Assembly: GCA_018666065.1 (NCBI GenBank)
Contig: JABJAO010000017.1
Span: forward strand, 1 to 57,635
DNA: 57,635 nucleotides
Direction of reading: 5' to 3'
Source: Microbacteriaceae bacterium
GTDB taxonomy: Bacteria > Actinomycetota > Actinomycetes > Actinomycetales > Microbacteriaceae
Both the position numbers and the translations under genes were made by a program. Under the pieces are notes generated by a model. That model was not told where the DNA came from, ran no database searches, and was given only the letters and a program-made list of their open reading frames with translations. Numbering within the stretch: position 1 is the first letter of the stretch; every line of letters begins with the position of its first letter. Below, piece by piece: positions 7,914 to 20,771 of the stretch.

Positions 7914-10058
7914 CTATTCCACCGAAAATTGCTGAACCTGAAGGCCAGACTTGTCCTCCGCGAGATCCACTTTGACAGTGTCGCCATCGTGAATATCACC
8001 GGAGAGCAAAGCTCTCGCCAGACGGTCATCAATCTCTTTTTGCATGAGGCGACGAAGGGGTCTCGCTCCATACACGGGATCAAAACCATTGTCAGCGAGC
8101 CACAGTCTCGCAGCGGGAGTAACAGCCAACTCAAGTCGCCGATCAGCCAGGCGTTGCTGGAGACGGTCGACAGTAATTTCGACAATCTGGCCGAGATCCT
8201 CCTGGGTCAGCGTGGAAAACACCACGATGTCATCGAGGCGGTTGATGAACTCTGGTTTAAAGGCGCGACGGACTTCGTTGCGGACTGACTCCACCTTGTC
8301 TTCCCACGCTGTGCCCTCCTCCATCAGATGTGAGGAGCCCAAGTTTGAAGTCAAGATCAGGATTGTGTTCCTAAAGTCCACAGTCCTGCCCTGTCCGTCA
8401 GTCAAACGGCCGTCATCCAAAACCTGGAGGAGCAAGTCGAAAACCTCAGGGTGGGCCTTCTCCACCTCGTCCAAAAGGATGACCGAGTAGGGGCGTCGAC
8501 GGACGGCCTCAGTCAGCTGACCGCCCTGCTCGTATCCCACATAGCCCGGAGGCGCCCCAATAAGGCGTGATACGGAAAACTTTTCGCCATATTCGCTCAT
8601 GTCGATGCGAACAAGAGCTTTCTCGTCGTCAAAGAGGTAGTCCGCAAGCGCTTTGGCAAGCTCTGTCTTTCCCACACCGGTGGGACCCAAGAAGAGGAAG
8701 GATCCCGTGGGACGACCGGGGTCGCTGAGGCCGGCGCGAGTGCGTCGAACCGCCTCGCTGACTGCGCGAACGGAGTCCCTCTGTCCCACGAGACGCTTCG
8801 CAAGCTCCGTCTCGAGGTGGAGCAGTCGCTCGGTTTCACCTTGAGTGAGTTTGTCCACAGGGATTCCTGTCCACGCTGCAACCACAGCGGCGATGTCGTC
8901 GTCAGTGACCTGATCGTTGACCATGCGGTCATCACTGCGCTCTGCGCTTTCGGCCTGCTGAATGGACTCTTCGATGCCGGGAATAACTTCGTAGTTGAGT
9001 TTTGAGGCTTCCTGGTAGGCACCCTCGCGCATGGCGCGGTCCAATTCGATGCGAGCATCGTTGAGCTTCGTCTTCAACTCTCCAACACCCTGCAGCGACG
9101 CTTTCTCAGCGGCCCATCGATCCTGCAGCGCCTCGAGCTCTTTACCCTTGAGCTCAAGGTCGTCGCGGAGTTTCTTAAGACGCTCTTTGGAGGCGTCGTC
9201 TTTCTCTTTCTTCAATGCGAGTTCTTCGATGCGCATTCGATCCACAACACGTCGGAGTTCGTCAATTTCGACGGGAGAGGATTCAATCTCCATCTTCAAC
9301 CGACTGGCCGCTTCGTCGATGAGGTCGATGGCCTTGTCGGGCAGTTGTCGCGAAGTGATGTAGCGGTTGGAGAGCATGGCCGCGGCGACCAGGGCGCTAT
9401 CGGCGATAACCACCTTGTGGTGGGCCTCGTAGCGCTCCTTGAGACCACGAAGGATGGCAACGGTGTCTTCGACGCTGGGTTCACCCACAAAAACCTGCTG
9501 GAAACGTCGCTCCAGCGCGGCGTCTTTCTCGATGTACTCCCGGTATTCGTTCAAAGTTGTGGCGCCAATGAGACGCAGCTCTCCCCGGGCAAGCATGGGC
9601 TTGAGCATGTTCGCCGCTGCAACGGAACCTTCCCCGCCGCCAGCGCCCATCAGGGTGTGAAGCTCGTCGACAAAGGTGATGATCTCACCTTCGGCGTCGT
9701 TGATTTCCTTCAGTACTGCTTTGAGTCGCTCTTCGAACTCGCCTCGATACTTTGCTCCAGCGACGAGCGCAGACATATCGAGCGAGATCAGCTGCTTGCC
9801 CTTGAGCGAGTCAGCGACGTCTCCGGCCACAATTCTCTGGGCGAGACCCTCGACAACTGCCGTCTTTCCAACACCGGGTTCACCAATGAGGACGGGATTG
9901 TTCTTGGTGCGCCTGGTCAAGACCTGGGAGACGCGACGAATCTCAGCATCTCGACCAATCACCGGGTCAAGCTTCCCCTCACGAGCGATGTCGGTGAGGT
10001 TCATCCCATACTGCTCCAGGGCGCTCTGCTGGCCCTGTTCTGCGGTGTTCTCTGCCAT
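7914..10058 (-). CDS. clpB: ClpB disaggregase lacking the N-terminal domain
   Basis: GKLDPVIGR, two Walker A motifs ([16 protein letters not shown]), coiled-coil M domain, [12 protein letters not shown]; RBS GGAGG. Confidence 0.95.
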   Translation of the reverse strand: MAENTAEQGQQSALEQYGMNLTDIAREGKLDPVIGRDAEIRRVSQVLTRRTKNNPVLIGEPGVGKTAVVEGLAQRIVAGDVADSLKGKQLISLDMSALVAGAKYRGEFEERLKAVLKEINDAEGEIITFVDELHTLMGAGGGEGSVAAANMLKPMLARGELRLIGATTLNEYREYIEKDAALERRFQQVFVGEPSVEDTVAILRGLKERYEAHHKVVIADSALVAAAMLSNRYITSRQLPDKAIDLIDEAASRLKMEIESSPVEIDELRRVVDRMRIEELALKKEKDDASKERLKKLRDDLELKGKELEALQDRWAAEKASLQGVGELKTKLNDARIELDRAMREGAYQEASKLNYEVIPGIEESIQQAESAERSDDRMVNDQVTDDDIAAVVAAWTGIPVDKLTQGETERLLHLETELAKRLVGQRDSVRAVSEAVRRTRAGLSDPGRPTGSFLFLGPTGVGKTELAKALADYLFDDEKALVRIDMSEYGEKFSVSRLIGAPPGYVGYEQGGQLTEAVRRRPYSVILLDEVEKAHPEVFDLLLQVLDDGRLTDGQGRTVDFRNTILILTSNLGSSHLMEEGTAWEDKVESVRNEVRRAFKPEFINRLDDIVVFSTLTQEDLGQIVEITVDRLQQRLADRRLELAVTPAARLWLADNGFDPVYGARPLRRLMQKEIDDRLARALLSGDIHDGDTVKVDLAEDKSGLQVQQFSVE

Positions 10059-10070
10059 GGTGTCCCTCCT

Positions 10071-10520
10071 CTAGCTCTCGAGTTTCTTCAACGGTGCTGG
10101 ATTCCGCCCAAAGGGATTCCACAGCACCATTTGGTTTTGCTTCTGAGCTCGCTCTCCCGTTCGCAGTGGGATGACGTCTCCTTGCGAACCGGCGGCAAAC
10201 ACGCGACGGCCAGATTTTTGGAGCAACTCATCAGCCAAGGTCGCCTCAAGATCGCGCACCCGGCGCTGGAGGACGTCCACCTGGGATTCGAGGTCCAAAA
10301 TTCTGCGGATTCCCTCCAGATTCAATCCCTCCGCGCTCAGTCTCGAAATCTCGCGGAGCTGGACGATGTCTTTCATCGAATAGCGTCTGGTTCTCCCCGC
10401 GGTCCTGGTCGGACTCACGAGACCCAAACGGTCATACTGGCGCAGGGTTTGTGGATGCATCCCCGCGAGTTCGGCAGCAGCCGTTATCGCAAACAGTGGG
10501 GTTCTCTCGTCCATATCCAT
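10071..10520 (-). CDS. hspR: Heat-shock repressor HspR (MerR family)
   Basis: [21 protein letters not shown]; position in the dnaK operon. Confidence 0.95.
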   Translation of the reverse strand: MDMDERTPLFAITAAAELAGMHPQTLRQYDRLGLVSPTRTAGRTRRYSMKDIVQLREISRLSAEGLNLEGIRRILDLESQVDVLQRRVRDLEATLADELLQKSGRRVFAAGSQGDVIPLRTGERAQKQNQMVLWNPFGRNPAPLKKLES

Positions 10521-10523
10521 GGT

Positions 10524-11474
10524 CTAGACCCCCGCTCTCTTCAACAAATCGTCACGAGGGTTTTCCTTGGGAAGTGACGCCATTAGCTTCTCGAGGTGGC
10601 CCTTCGACGCGCCCGACAAATGAGCCGGGACTGCGACCTGTAGCTCGACGAGGAGATCACCCATCGCTGCGCCGGATCGAACACCGCGGCCTTTGACCCG
10701 CAAGACTTTGCCACTGGGGGTTCCCGGTGGCACTTTGACCTTGACGATGTCGCCCTCAATCGTGGGGACTTCGATGGTGGCTCCCAATGCGGCTTCGCCA
10801 AAAGTGACGGGCACCTCGATTCTGAGGTTGTCGCCGTCTCGACCGAAAATCTGGTGCTTCGGCACACCCACGGTGATGATGACATCTCCCGGCTTTCCCC
10901 CATCGGGGCTGGGGTGACCTTTGCCTCGAAGGCGCACTTTTTGGCCATCTTTGACGCCCGCGGGAATTCGTGTGGTGATTTTCTTGCCACCAGGCCCCTC
11001 GAGGGAGACCTCGGTCCCTTTCACAGCCGTGGGCAGCTCAAGCGTCACCCGCGAGACAATGTCGCGACCTTTGGTGGGCTCCCGATATCCCTGGAACCCG
11101 CCTTGTCCACCGCCGAATAGTCCGGAAAACAGATCACCAAAGTCAGCGTTCTGCGCGGACCGGGGCATACCTCCGAAGCCGCCAAAGATATCGTCGAAGC
11201 CTCCTTGGCCACCCCCCGAGGTGAACCGCGGCCCACCCGCCTGCATCGCACGAATCTGATCGTATTCAGCGCGCTGAGTGGCGTCTGAGAGAACAGAGTA
11301 GGCCTCTGAAATCTCTTTGAACTTGGCCTCAGCTCCGGGATTATCGGGGTTGGAATCCGGGTGGAACTTTCGGGCAAGCGAACGATAGGTCTTCTTAATG
11401 TCGGACTCGGAAGCATCTTTCGAGACACCGAGTATCTGGTAGAAGTCCTTTTCTAACCAATCTTGGCTGGCCAT
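10524..11474 (-). CDS. dnaJ: DnaJ co-chaperone without the Cys zinc finger
   Basis: J domain with HPD, G/F-rich region, C-terminal domain; no CxxCxGxG repeats. Confidence 0.93.
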   Translation of the reverse strand: MASQDWLEKDFYQILGVSKDASESDIKKTYRSLARKFHPDSNPDNPGAEAKFKEISEAYSVLSDATQRAEYDQIRAMQAGGPRFTSGGGQGGFDDIFGGFGGMPRSAQNADFGDLFSGLFGGGQGGFQGYREPTKGRDIVSRVTLELPTAVKGTEVSLEGPGGKKITTRIPAGVKDGQKVRLRGKGHPSPDGGKPGDVIITVGVPKHQIFGRDGDNLRIEVPVTFGEAALGATIEVPTIEGDIVKVKVPPGTPSGKVLRVKGRGVRSGAAMGDLLVELQVAVPAHLSGASKGHLEKLMASLPKENPRDDLLKRAGV

Positions 11475-11490
11475 TCACTCACCCCCTTCC

Positions 11491-12087
11491 TTAGTCGTCG
11501 GCAGGAACCTTGACTGCCACCTTGGCCGGGCGGATGAGACGCTCACCGAGCGTGTATCCGCCTTCGATTACTTCTGCAACGGTCTCACCGGTCGCTCCCG
11601 CTTCCGGAAGTCGGACCATTGCTTCGTGGATGGCGGGGTCAAAGCCTTCGCCCACTTCGCCCACGGGCTTGATCCCGTATCGCTCAAATCCCGATCGCAA
11701 TTTCTGTGCAACCAATTCCAGCGGAGTTCCAGCGAGGTCCCCATGGGCCTCCGCACGATCCAGATCATCCATCACAGGGAGGAGGGAACGGATCACTTCG
11801 GCAATCACTGTCTCGCGGTTAGCTTGGCGATCGCGCTCAACCCTGGTGCGGAAGTTCTGGAGCTCTGCTTCAGCCCGTGCTGCTCGATCCCGATATTCGG
11901 CAACGAGGTCACGTTCGGCGTCCTGAAGAAGGGCGAGATCCTCCTCGGTGATGTCGCCTGAGGTGGCATCATCTGCCACCTCAGGACGTACATCTCCTGT
12001 GTCAGGGTCGACACGTCTCTTATCCGTAAACAGCGGCTCTTGGGGTTCCTCGTCGCCCTCGGGCTGAGGGTTCTTAGTGTCGGCCAT
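11491..12087 (-). CDS. grpE: Nucleotide exchange factor GrpE
   Basis: AELQNFRTR, FDPAIHEA, GY...RLIRPAKV. Confidence 0.95.
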   Translation of the reverse strand: MADTKNPQPEGDEEPQEPLFTDKRRVDPDTGDVRPEVADDATSGDITEEDLALLQDAERDLVAEYRDRAARAEAELQNFRTRVERDRQANRETVIAEVIRSLLPVMDDLDRAEAHGDLAGTPLELVAQKLRSGFERYGIKPVGEVGEGFDPAIHEAMVRLPEAGATGETVAEVIEGGYTLGERLIRPAKVAVKVPADD

Positions 12088-12092
12088 GAGCT

Positions 12093-13958
<1,866 letters not shown>

Positions 13959-13982
13959 TTACTTTCTGTCATATCGCCGATA

Positions 13983-14069
13983 TCTGAGTCGGTGTGACTG
14001 AAGTATGCAACCTGAGTCGACTCATGTCAAGTTTTTGTCGCCATATATGAGTCGGGTCGACTCATATAT
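13983..14069. promoter_or_regulatory. Three HAIR (HspR) operators
   Basis: TCTGAGT-N7-ACTGAAG (13983-14003), CCTGAGT-N7-TGTCAAG (14011-14031) and TATGAGT-N7-ACTCATA (14046-14066) versus consensus CTTGAGT-N7-ACTCAAG. Confidence 0.9.
14002..14030 (-). promoter_or_regulatory. Housekeeping-sigma promoter of dnaK
   Basis: TTGACA-17 nt-CATACT on the minus strand, overlapped by the second HAIR. Confidence 0.8.
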
Positions 14070-14132
14070 TTCGCCACACCACGCCCTCACGTTTTTTACC
14101 CCAACCACGCTCAGGAGTACTACGGTTTTCTT

Positions 14133-15524
14133 ATGACCAACGACGGTTCCGCTCAGCCCTCCCGACCCTCCCGCTTGGCAAAGACGGACGCTTTGCCCGT
14201 CATCGGACTCTCAGGAAGCGAGGGCGCCGTAATCCCTCGTCGTCGGGTGTGGTCCTGGGCCTTCTGGGACTGGGCAACTCAGCCGTTCAACACCGTGTTG
14301 CTGACCTTTGTGTGGGTGCCCAGCTACCTCACGAGCACGTTCTTCGTCAATCCCGACGTGATCGGGACCGACGGTGAAGAAGCGGCTCTGGGCCAACTAG
14401 CGAGCAACCTCGGCTATGGCATCACCATTGCCGGACTGCTCATCGCCCTCCTCGCTCCCGTTCTCGGTCAGCGAGCGGATAGAACCGGTCGACAAAAACT
14501 ACAACTCATCATCTTCACCGGATTGCTCATCGTTGCTCAACTGGGAATGGCGTTTGTCCAGCCGGGCGCGGAATGGTTCTGGATGGGCGTTGCCCTGATT
14601 GCCATTGGGAGTGTGTTTGGTGAAATCGCCAGCGTGAACTACAACGCCCTGCTCATCTCGGTATCGACGCCGAAGACAATCGGCAAGGTGTCGGGCCTGG
14701 GTTGGGGCTTTGGCTATCTCGGGGGCATCGTGGCTCTGGCGATTGTCGTCGGTCTCATCCTCGGGGGAGTACTCGATGGTGAGGTCGCCTCTACCTTCCA
14801 ACTCATCGCCCTCGGGGCGACGATCTGGACGATCGTGTTCGTCATTCCTATTTTCCTCAGCGTTCCCGAGCCACCCAAGCGTGGCGCGGTGGACAAGGTG
14901 GGGTTCTTCCGCAGCTATGGCGAACTCGCACGGGGGATTGTTCGCCTCTACAGGGAAACCCGACAGACTTTTTGGTTTCTCCTGGCTAGCGCCGTCTACC
15001 GAGACGGCCTGTCGGCAGTGTTCACTTTCGGGTCGGTCATCGCGGGAATCGTCTTTGGGTTTGGATTTACTGACCTCGTGATTTTCGGCATCGCGCTCAA
15101 CATCGTCGCTGGAATCTCGACCATCTTTGCGGGGCGCCTGGATGACAGGTTTGGCCCCAAGCGCGTCATCGTTGTCTCCGTGTTTGGTCTGGTCGTGTGC
15201 ACGCTGGTGGTCTTCTTCTTCGCCGACCTAGGCCCGATGCTCTTCTGGGGTGCGGGAATTGTTCTCGCCGCCTTCGTTGGGCCCGCCCAGGCAGCATCCC
15301 GGTCGTTCCTCGCCCGCGTTACGCCTGCCGGTCGCGAGGGCGAAATCTTTGGCCTCTACGCAACGACGGGTCGCGCTGCGGGGTGGATGGCCTCGCTGCT
15401 GTGGGGTGTCTTCATCGCGCTCGCGGGTAACCAGGCTCTGTATGGCATCCTCGGCATCACGATCGTGTTGCTCATCGGAGGAATCATGCTGCTGTTTGTC
15501 AAAGCACCACAGACGCAGCCCTAG
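14133..15524 (+). CDS. MFS transporter (UMF1/Atg22-like)
   Basis: WSWAFWDWA, GKVSGLGWGFGYLGG, GRLDDRFGPK, about 12 TM helices. Confidence 0.88.
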   Translation: MTNDGSAQPSRPSRLAKTDALPVIGLSGSEGAVIPRRRVWSWAFWDWATQPFNTVLLTFVWVPSYLTSTFFVNPDVIGTDGEEAALGQLASNLGYGITIAGLLIALLAPVLGQRADRTGRQKLQLIIFTGLLIVAQLGMAFVQPGAEWFWMGVALIAIGSVFGEIASVNYNALLISVSTPKTIGKVSGLGWGFGYLGGIVALAIVVGLILGGVLDGEVASTFQLIALGATIWTIVFVIPIFLSVPEPPKRGAVDKVGFFRSYGELARGIVRLYRETRQTFWFLLASAVYRDGLSAVFTFGSVIAGIVFGFGFTDLVIFGIALNIVAGISTIFAGRLDDRFGPKRVIVVSVFGLVVCTLVVFFFADLGPMLFWGAGIVLAAFVGPAQAASRSFLARVTPAGREGEIFGLYATTGRAAGWMASLLWGVFIALAGNQALYGILGITIVLLIGGIMLLFVKAPQTQP

Positions 15525-16387
15525 CCGGTCACCTTCCACCATTCAAGTAGGACCAACACCACAACAGCTCCGGCAACAAAGTTGAGAGCCAAGAACCACT
15601 TCCAGCTTCGGTTTGCCTTCCACGCATCGTCGTCGCTGATCGACCACCACGGCGCTAGCGCACCCATGTAGAGCAGCGCGACGGGTGACATAAGGGACAG
15701 CGGCCAGGGCGCGCTGAGCAAGATTGCACCTGCAACCCCATACAGCCCTACAGCAAAGCGCACAGCGCCTTTGGCGCCGATGACGGTGGCGATGGACCCC
15801 ACCCCAGCGTCACGATCTGCAGAGACATCTTGCACTGCGCCAAACGCGTGGGAGGCCATCCCCCAGAAAAAGAATGCCGCCAGCAGGGTCACGCTCAGGG
15901 TCGTCAGCTCGGCGCCCACAAAAGCCATCGCGTACACAGCGGGCATGACGAAATGCAGACTCGAGGTCACGGAATCAAGGAACGGAACTTCTTTGAACCG
16001 GACATTACGGGCCGAATATGCAACCACGAAGAACAATGACAGAGCCAGCACCCCGTTAGAGACCAGCGAACCCCAGACCATCAGTGGCACAAGAAAGGGC
16101 AGGGGCAAGAGGGACGCCGTAATCAACATAGGGCGGTGTAGCTCCGGGGGCAGCAACGCACCCTCTACTCCGCCCTTACGGGGATTGCGCAAATCTGATT
16201 CGTAATCGAAGACATCGTTGATGCCATACATCAGCAAGTTGTAGGGAATGAGGAAGAAGAGGCTGCCCACGATGAAGGGGACGTCAAACTCGCCGACGAA
16301 GAGGTAGTACGTCAGCCCAAACGGAAACGCCGTGTTCACCCAGCTCAGGGGCCTCGAGCTCACCACCAGGGTCAACACAGAATTCAT
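15521..16387 (-). CDS. crtEb: Lycopene elongase (UbiA family prenyltransferase)
   Basis: SSRPLSWVNTAFPF, NDVFDYESDLRNPRKGG, AVQDVSAD; start ATG 16387 overlaps the upstream stop. Confidence 0.9.
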   Translation of the reverse strand: MNSVLTLVVSSRPLSWVNTAFPFGLTYYLFVGEFDVPFIVGSLFFLIPYNLLMYGINDVFDYESDLRNPRKGGVEGALLPPELHRPMLITASLLPLPFLVPLMVWGSLVSNGVLALSLFFVVAYSARNVRFKEVPFLDSVTSSLHFVMPAVYAMAFVGAELTTLSVTLLAAFFFWGMASHAFGAVQDVSADRDAGVGSIATVIGAKGAVRFAVGLYGVAGAILLSAPWPLSLMSPVALLYMGALAPWWSISDDDAWKANRSWKWFLALNFVAGAVVVLVLLEWWKVTG

Positions 16388-16692
16388 GAGGTCTCCGAGC
16401 CCCGCCGCTCCAGTAGGTGCCACAGTGCCGGAATCATCATCACCGCGGCGAGCGTGTAGGCAAAATCTTCCAACGGAGCTAATCCGACCATCACACCACT
16501 GAGGAGTTGCTCGTCATAGGCCACCAAACCAGAACCGATGATCACGTTGTCAAACACGGCGGTCAGTACCATCATCACTCCGGCTGACACGACCCACGGA
16601 ACAATCCGCGGGGGAACCCTCCTCCCCAGGGCCACCCCCAGAACCAGCGCTGCCACGAGCAGAAAGGGAATATTGATCAGCCAGTAGGTCAT
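16384..16692 (-). CDS. crtYf: C50 carotenoid cyclase subunit
   Basis: LTAVFDNVII, APLEDFAY; start ATG 16692. Confidence 0.82.
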   Translation of the reverse strand: MTYWLINIPFLLVAALVLGVALGRRVPPRIVPWVVSAGVMMVLTAVFDNVIIGSGLVAYDEQLLSGVMVGLAPLEDFAYTLAAVMMIPALWHLLERRGSETS

Positions 16693-17015
16693 GCTCGTGT
16701 CCTGCCCGCCCACACGCGTGAGGCCCAGACATAGGACACGAGGGTCGAATACGTCAGGACTACGAGAAAAAACACTTCTTCCAGGGGCAATTCGGGACCA
16801 AGCAGCACCCCGGTCATCCACGGACCAGACCCACGAAAGAAGACGCCGGTGGCTATCCCCACCACATCCCACAGCAGAAAGAAGGCCACCGAAGCCACAA
16901 CGATGACGCCGGAGCGAATCGCCGCTCCGCCCCAGAAGGCCAGCCTGTGTCGAAAGTCCAAGAGTCCGATTCCCAGCACAGAGACACAGAGTGCCGCGAG
17001 ATAGAAAAAGGACAC
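16689..17015 (-). CDS. crtYe: C50 carotenoid cyclase subunit
   Basis: FFLLWD..GI..GVF, PELPLEEVFFL; GTG 17015 preceded by AGGAG. Confidence 0.82.
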   Translation of the reverse strand: MSFFYLAALCVSVLGIGLLDFRHRLAFWGGAAIRSGVIVVASVAFFLLWDVVGIATGVFFRGSGPWMTGVLLGPELPLEEVFFLVVLTYSTLVSYVWASRVWAGRTRA

Positions 17016-17023
17016 GAGGTCTC

Positions 17024-18610
17024 CTATCCGACGGGCATCAGGGGTTCTGGCAGCGGGCCGGTCGACACGTCGCCCCGAACGCGTTTGACCAACACTTCTG
17101 CGCTGATCAGACACATCGGAAGCCCGATACCCGGAATAGTCGAGCTCCCGGCGTAGAAGAGTCCCTGAACCTTCTTGGACACGTTGCCCGAACGGAACAG
17201 CGCACTCTGCATCAAAGTGTGGGCGGGGCCTAGCGCAGTACCCATCCAGGCGTTCAGGTCGGCCTTAAAGTCAGCCGGACCAACGCTCCTGCGCACCACG
17301 ATGCGGTCTGCGAGGTCTGATGCCCCGCTCCACGCCATGATTTGCTCGATGGCGCGATCGGCAATTCCCTCCACCGCGGCGTCGCCGGAACCATCAATTC
17401 CGCCGTGACCGAGGGACACGTCGGCGGGCATGGGCACCAGAACAAAGATGTTCGTGTGGCCCTTGGGCGCAACAGAGGAATCGGTCGCGCTGGGCTTACA
17501 CACATACAACGACGCGGGGCTGGGAACAGTGGGCTTGTCGGCGAAGATCTGAGAGAAGTTGTCCTCCCAATCTTCGGTGAAGAACAGGGTGTGGTGCTCC
17601 AGCTCGGGTACCTCGCCTGAGATACCCAAATACAACAGCACGGCACTGGGTCCCGCGATCTTCTTATCCCAGTATGACTGCGGGTACGTCTGGAGCTCAC
17701 TGGGCAGCAATTGCGTCTCACTGTGGTGAAGATCTGTGGTGGAGACCACACAATCAGCGCTGAGGGTGTGGCTCACGCCATGGGAATCTTCATACGTCAC
17801 GCCGGTGGCGTGAGCTTTGCCCGAGCGCTTCTCGGTCGTGATTGCCCGCACTCTGGCTTGGGTCACCACCGTGACGCCGTGGTCTTCGATGACGCCTCGC
17901 ATGGAGTCAATGACGCGGGTGAATCCCCCCTCGGCGTAGAGCACGCCATCTTCGAGGTCGAGGTAGGACATCAGGTGGAACATGCTGGGCGCAATATAGG
18001 GAGAGGACCCCAGGAACACTGCCGGGTACCCCAGGAGCTGCTGAATCTTGGGGTTGCTGGTGTGGCGCTTGGCAAAGGTCATAATCGGGGTCGTCAAGAG
18101 CCGAAACAGTGTCCCCACGCGCTTGAGGACCGCAGGAACCAACAAGGTGCGCAGGCTCTGGAACGAGGTGTACAGGAAGTATTCCTTGGCGATCTCGTAC
18201 GTTTCCTTGGCAGAGTCCAAGTACTTCTCCATGGTGGCCCGAGATCCAGGTTCTATCTCTTCAAGCAGGGCGAGGTTATCTTCTCGGGTGGCGCGAACAT
18301 CGATGACCTCAGCGGGGTTGCCGCCCTGAGGCTCAAAATAGACGCGGTAGCCGGGGTCCAACTTCGTTAGCTTCAGGTGCTCAGCAGCGGAGGTGCCCAT
18401 GAGCTTGTACCAGTGGTCAAAAACCTCGGGCATCAAGTACCACGATGGCCCGGTGTCAAAACGGAACCCGTCTTTCTCCCACAGTCCCGCGCGACCACCA
18501 AGACGAGCGTGCGCCTCCACCAGAGTGACCTGATACCCATCTCGGGCGAGCAAACCTGCGGTAGCAATACCGCCGATGCCGCCACCGATGATGACAACTG
18601 ATTTAGACAC
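17024..18610 (-). CDS. crtI: Phytoene desaturase
   Basis: IIGGGIGG FAD motif, GFRFDTGPSWYLM, PGIGLPMCLISA. Confidence 0.96.
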   Translation of the reverse strand: MSKSVVIIGGGIGGIATAGLLARDGYQVTLVEAHARLGGRAGLWEKDGFRFDTGPSWYLMPEVFDHWYKLMGTSAAEHLKLTKLDPGYRVYFEPQGGNPAEVIDVRATREDNLALLEEIEPGSRATMEKYLDSAKETYEIAKEYFLYTSFQSLRTLLVPAVLKRVGTLFRLLTTPIMTFAKRHTSNPKIQQLLGYPAVFLGSSPYIAPSMFHLMSYLDLEDGVLYAEGGFTRVIDSMRGVIEDHGVTVVTQARVRAITTEKRSGKAHATGVTYEDSHGVSHTLSADCVVSTTDLHHSETQLLPSELQTYPQSYWDKKIAGPSAVLLYLGISGEVPELEHHTLFFTEDWEDNFSQIFADKPTVPSPASLYVCKPSATDSSVAPKGHTNIFVLVPMPADVSLGHGGIDGSGDAAVEGIADRAIEQIMAWSGASDLADRIVVRRSVGPADFKADLNAWMGTALGPAHTLMQSALFRSGNVSKKVQGLFYAGSSTIPGIGLPMCLISAEVLVKRVRGDVSTGPLPEPLMPVG

Positions 18611-19514
18611 GGGAAACCTTTCTCATGCTGCGAGGTGCAGAGGGGACGAACCCCATCACGACACGCAGTGCCAAGACTGCTTTAGTCACATCAGGCACAC
18701 TAATCCTCGAAGTTTGGAGAACGGTGGCAGGAGTCTTCCGAATCCGCTCTCCCAACGCCTCGAACAGGACGTGAGCCAGCGACACTGCTCGCCTCGCGCT
18801 GGCTGGCAGCAGAGGAAGCGCCGCCGCAGACGCAGCAAGGTCCGCGTCAATGTCATCGAGCAGCCGGTGCTTCGTGTCCTCGGTCAGTGCCTCCACGGAG
18901 ACCCCTGGGAAATAGCTACGGCCAAGCGCTTGAACATCGGCGCCCAGATCTCTCAAAAAGTTCACCTTCTGAAATGCGGCACCCAAAGCCCTGGCGCCTG
19001 TGACCATCACCTCGTGGTCGTGATCACTCACCTGGTGGCCCTCCAGGAACGCCTCGAGGCACATCAACCCAACAACTTCGGCCGAGCCGTACACATACTC
19101 CGCAAAGGACTCCTGGGTGTGCTCAGTCTCGGTGAGATCCATCCGCATCGAATGAAAGAACGGTCGGGTCAGCTCTTTGGTCACTCCCACTGCGCGAGCA
19201 GAGAAAGCGAAGGCGTGCACAATCAGGTTGGTGCTGTACCCAATCTCGAGAGCTCGCTCGGTATCCGCTTCCAGAGCATCGAGCATGGAGCCCGCCTCCG
19301 CCGAGGACACACCCGCCTCAGCGGCAACACCGTCCACGATCTCGTCAGCGAGGCGCACGAGCGCATAAAAGTTACCGATATGCGTTCTCACGCGGGGCTC
19401 GAGGAGCCTGGAGGCAAGGCCAAAGGAGGTGGAATAGCGCTTGATGACGCCCTGGGAGGTCTCCTCGGCAACGCGGGTATACAAATCAATTCGGGTGTCC
19501 AACTCGAGCGCCAT
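18603..19514 (-). CDS. crtB: Phytoene synthase
   Basis: YSTSF, VRLADEIVD, YVYGSAEVVGLM, FQKVNFLRD. Confidence 0.95.
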   Translation of the reverse strand: MALELDTRIDLYTRVAEETSQGVIKRYSTSFGLASRLLEPRVRTHIGNFYALVRLADEIVDGVAAEAGVSSAEAGSMLDALEADTERALEIGYSTNLIVHAFAFSARAVGVTKELTRPFFHSMRMDLTETEHTQESFAEYVYGSAEVVGLMCLEAFLEGHQVSDHDHEVMVTGARALGAAFQKVNFLRDLGADVQALGRSYFPGVSVEALTEDTKHRLLDDIDADLAASAAALPLLPASARRAVSLAHVLFEALGERIRKTPATVLQTSRISVPDVTKAVLALRVVMGFVPSAPRSMRKVSRV

Positions 19515-19623
19515 TGCTGGGTCCTTCCCGAACGATATTTCTCAGCCCGTTAGCTAGGCTGTGCTGGTCACCTTCCGGCGACACCACCGAACTCTTACCC
19601 TTGCACAGTAGCGCGAGTAGACG

Positions 19624-20169
19624 ATGAAAACCTCCGAGCTAGTCATCCTGTTAGACGACCATGGCGTCGAAATTGGCACTGCCGATAAGGCGACCGTGCA
19701 CACCGAGGACACCCCCCTGCACCTCGCCTTCTCGTGTCACATCTTTAATTCCGACGGTCAGGTTCTTGTCACCCGGCGGGCGCTGTCAAAAAAGACCTGG
19801 CCCGGAGTCTGGACCAACTCAGCCTGTGGACACCCGGGACCTGGGGAATCACTCCACGATGCCATCCGGCGGCGAGCGCAGGACGAGCTGGGACTCGAAT
19901 TGGGCGAGATTCGAGAGGCCCTTCCCGACTTTCGCTATCGAGCTGTCGATGCTTCGGGCATCGTCGAGAACGAAATCTGTCCGGTATTCGTCGCGCGCGC
20001 GACATCTGAGCCCTCACCCCGAGGCGACGAAGTGTGCGAATGGGAATGGTTGGATCCGCGATCGCTCCAGCAGTCCGTGACAGCGACGCCTTTTGCCTTC
20101 AGCCCCTGGCTTGTCGACCAGATGGAGCAATGGGGCGACACCTACGGTTTCGAGACATCCGTTCGGTGA
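19624..20169 (+). CDS. idi: Isopentenyl-diphosphate delta-isomerase type 1
   Basis: [21 protein letters not shown]. Confidence 0.95.
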   Translation: MKTSELVILLDDHGVEIGTADKATVHTEDTPLHLAFSCHIFNSDGQVLVTRRALSKKTWPGVWTNSACGHPGPGESLHDAIRRRAQDELGLELGEIREALPDFRYRAVDASGIVENEICPVFVARATSEPSPRGDEVCEWEWLDPRSLQQSVTATPFAFSPWLVDQMEQWGDTYGFETSVR

Positions 20170-20726
20170 AAATTCTGGAATGAGCGAGACGCCGTTGGTC
20201 CACGCTGTCCCTGGTAGCGACTGCCGTACTTGTCCGAACCATAGGGGTGTTCAGCGGGGGAGCTGAGGCGGAAGAAACAGAGCTGCCCAATCTTCATGCC
20301 AGGCCACAGCGTGATCGGGAGCGTGGCCACGTTGCTCAGCTCGAGTGTCACGTGCCCGGAAAAGCCTGGGTCAATAAAACCGGCAGTCGAGTGGGTGAGC
20401 AGTCCAAGACGGCCCAGGGAGCTCTTTCCCTCCAGGCGGGCGGCAACGTCATCGGGCAGCGTCACGACTTCAAATGTGGCTCCCAGGACGAACTCTCCCG
20501 GGTGCAAGACAAAAGGTTCTGCTGCATCGACCTCGACCAGTCGGGTGAGATCCGGCTGATCGAGCGCTGGATCAATGTGCTGGTACTTATGGTTATCAAA
20601 TAGCCGAAAGAAACGGTCCAAACGCACGTCAACGCTGGAGGGCTGCACCATCCCCAGGTCGAGCGGGTCCAAACCAACCCGACCAGATTCAAGCTCACTT
20701 CGAATATCGCGGTCTGAAAGAAGCAC
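20142..20726 (-). CDS. dcd: dCTP deaminase
   Basis: [30 protein letters not shown]. Confidence 0.96.
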   Translation of the reverse strand: MLLSDRDIRSELESGRVGLDPLDLGMVQPSSVDVRLDRFFRLFDNHKYQHIDPALDQPDLTRLVEVDAAEPFVLHPGEFVLGATFEVVTLPDDVAARLEGKSSLGRLGLLTHSTAGFIDPGFSGHVTLELSNVATLPITLWPGMKIGQLCFFRLSSPAEHPYGSDKYGSRYQGQRGPTASRSFQNFHRTDVSKP

Positions 20727-20771
20727 GGAACCAGACTAGTAGACTCATCACCCAGCCTGAGAGACGGCATC

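Noticed and set aside
9345-10577. 410-aa ORF antisense to clpB/hspR (likewise 12561-13193, 18576-19553, 37951-38784, 44255-45484, 50365-51195)
   Set aside because: Long antisense frames are expected opposite conserved genes in high-GC DNA; I saw no independent coding signal
15521-19514. Retinal/actinorhodopsin photosystem
   Set aside because: No rhodopsin or blh gene in the window; crtEb points to C50 pigments
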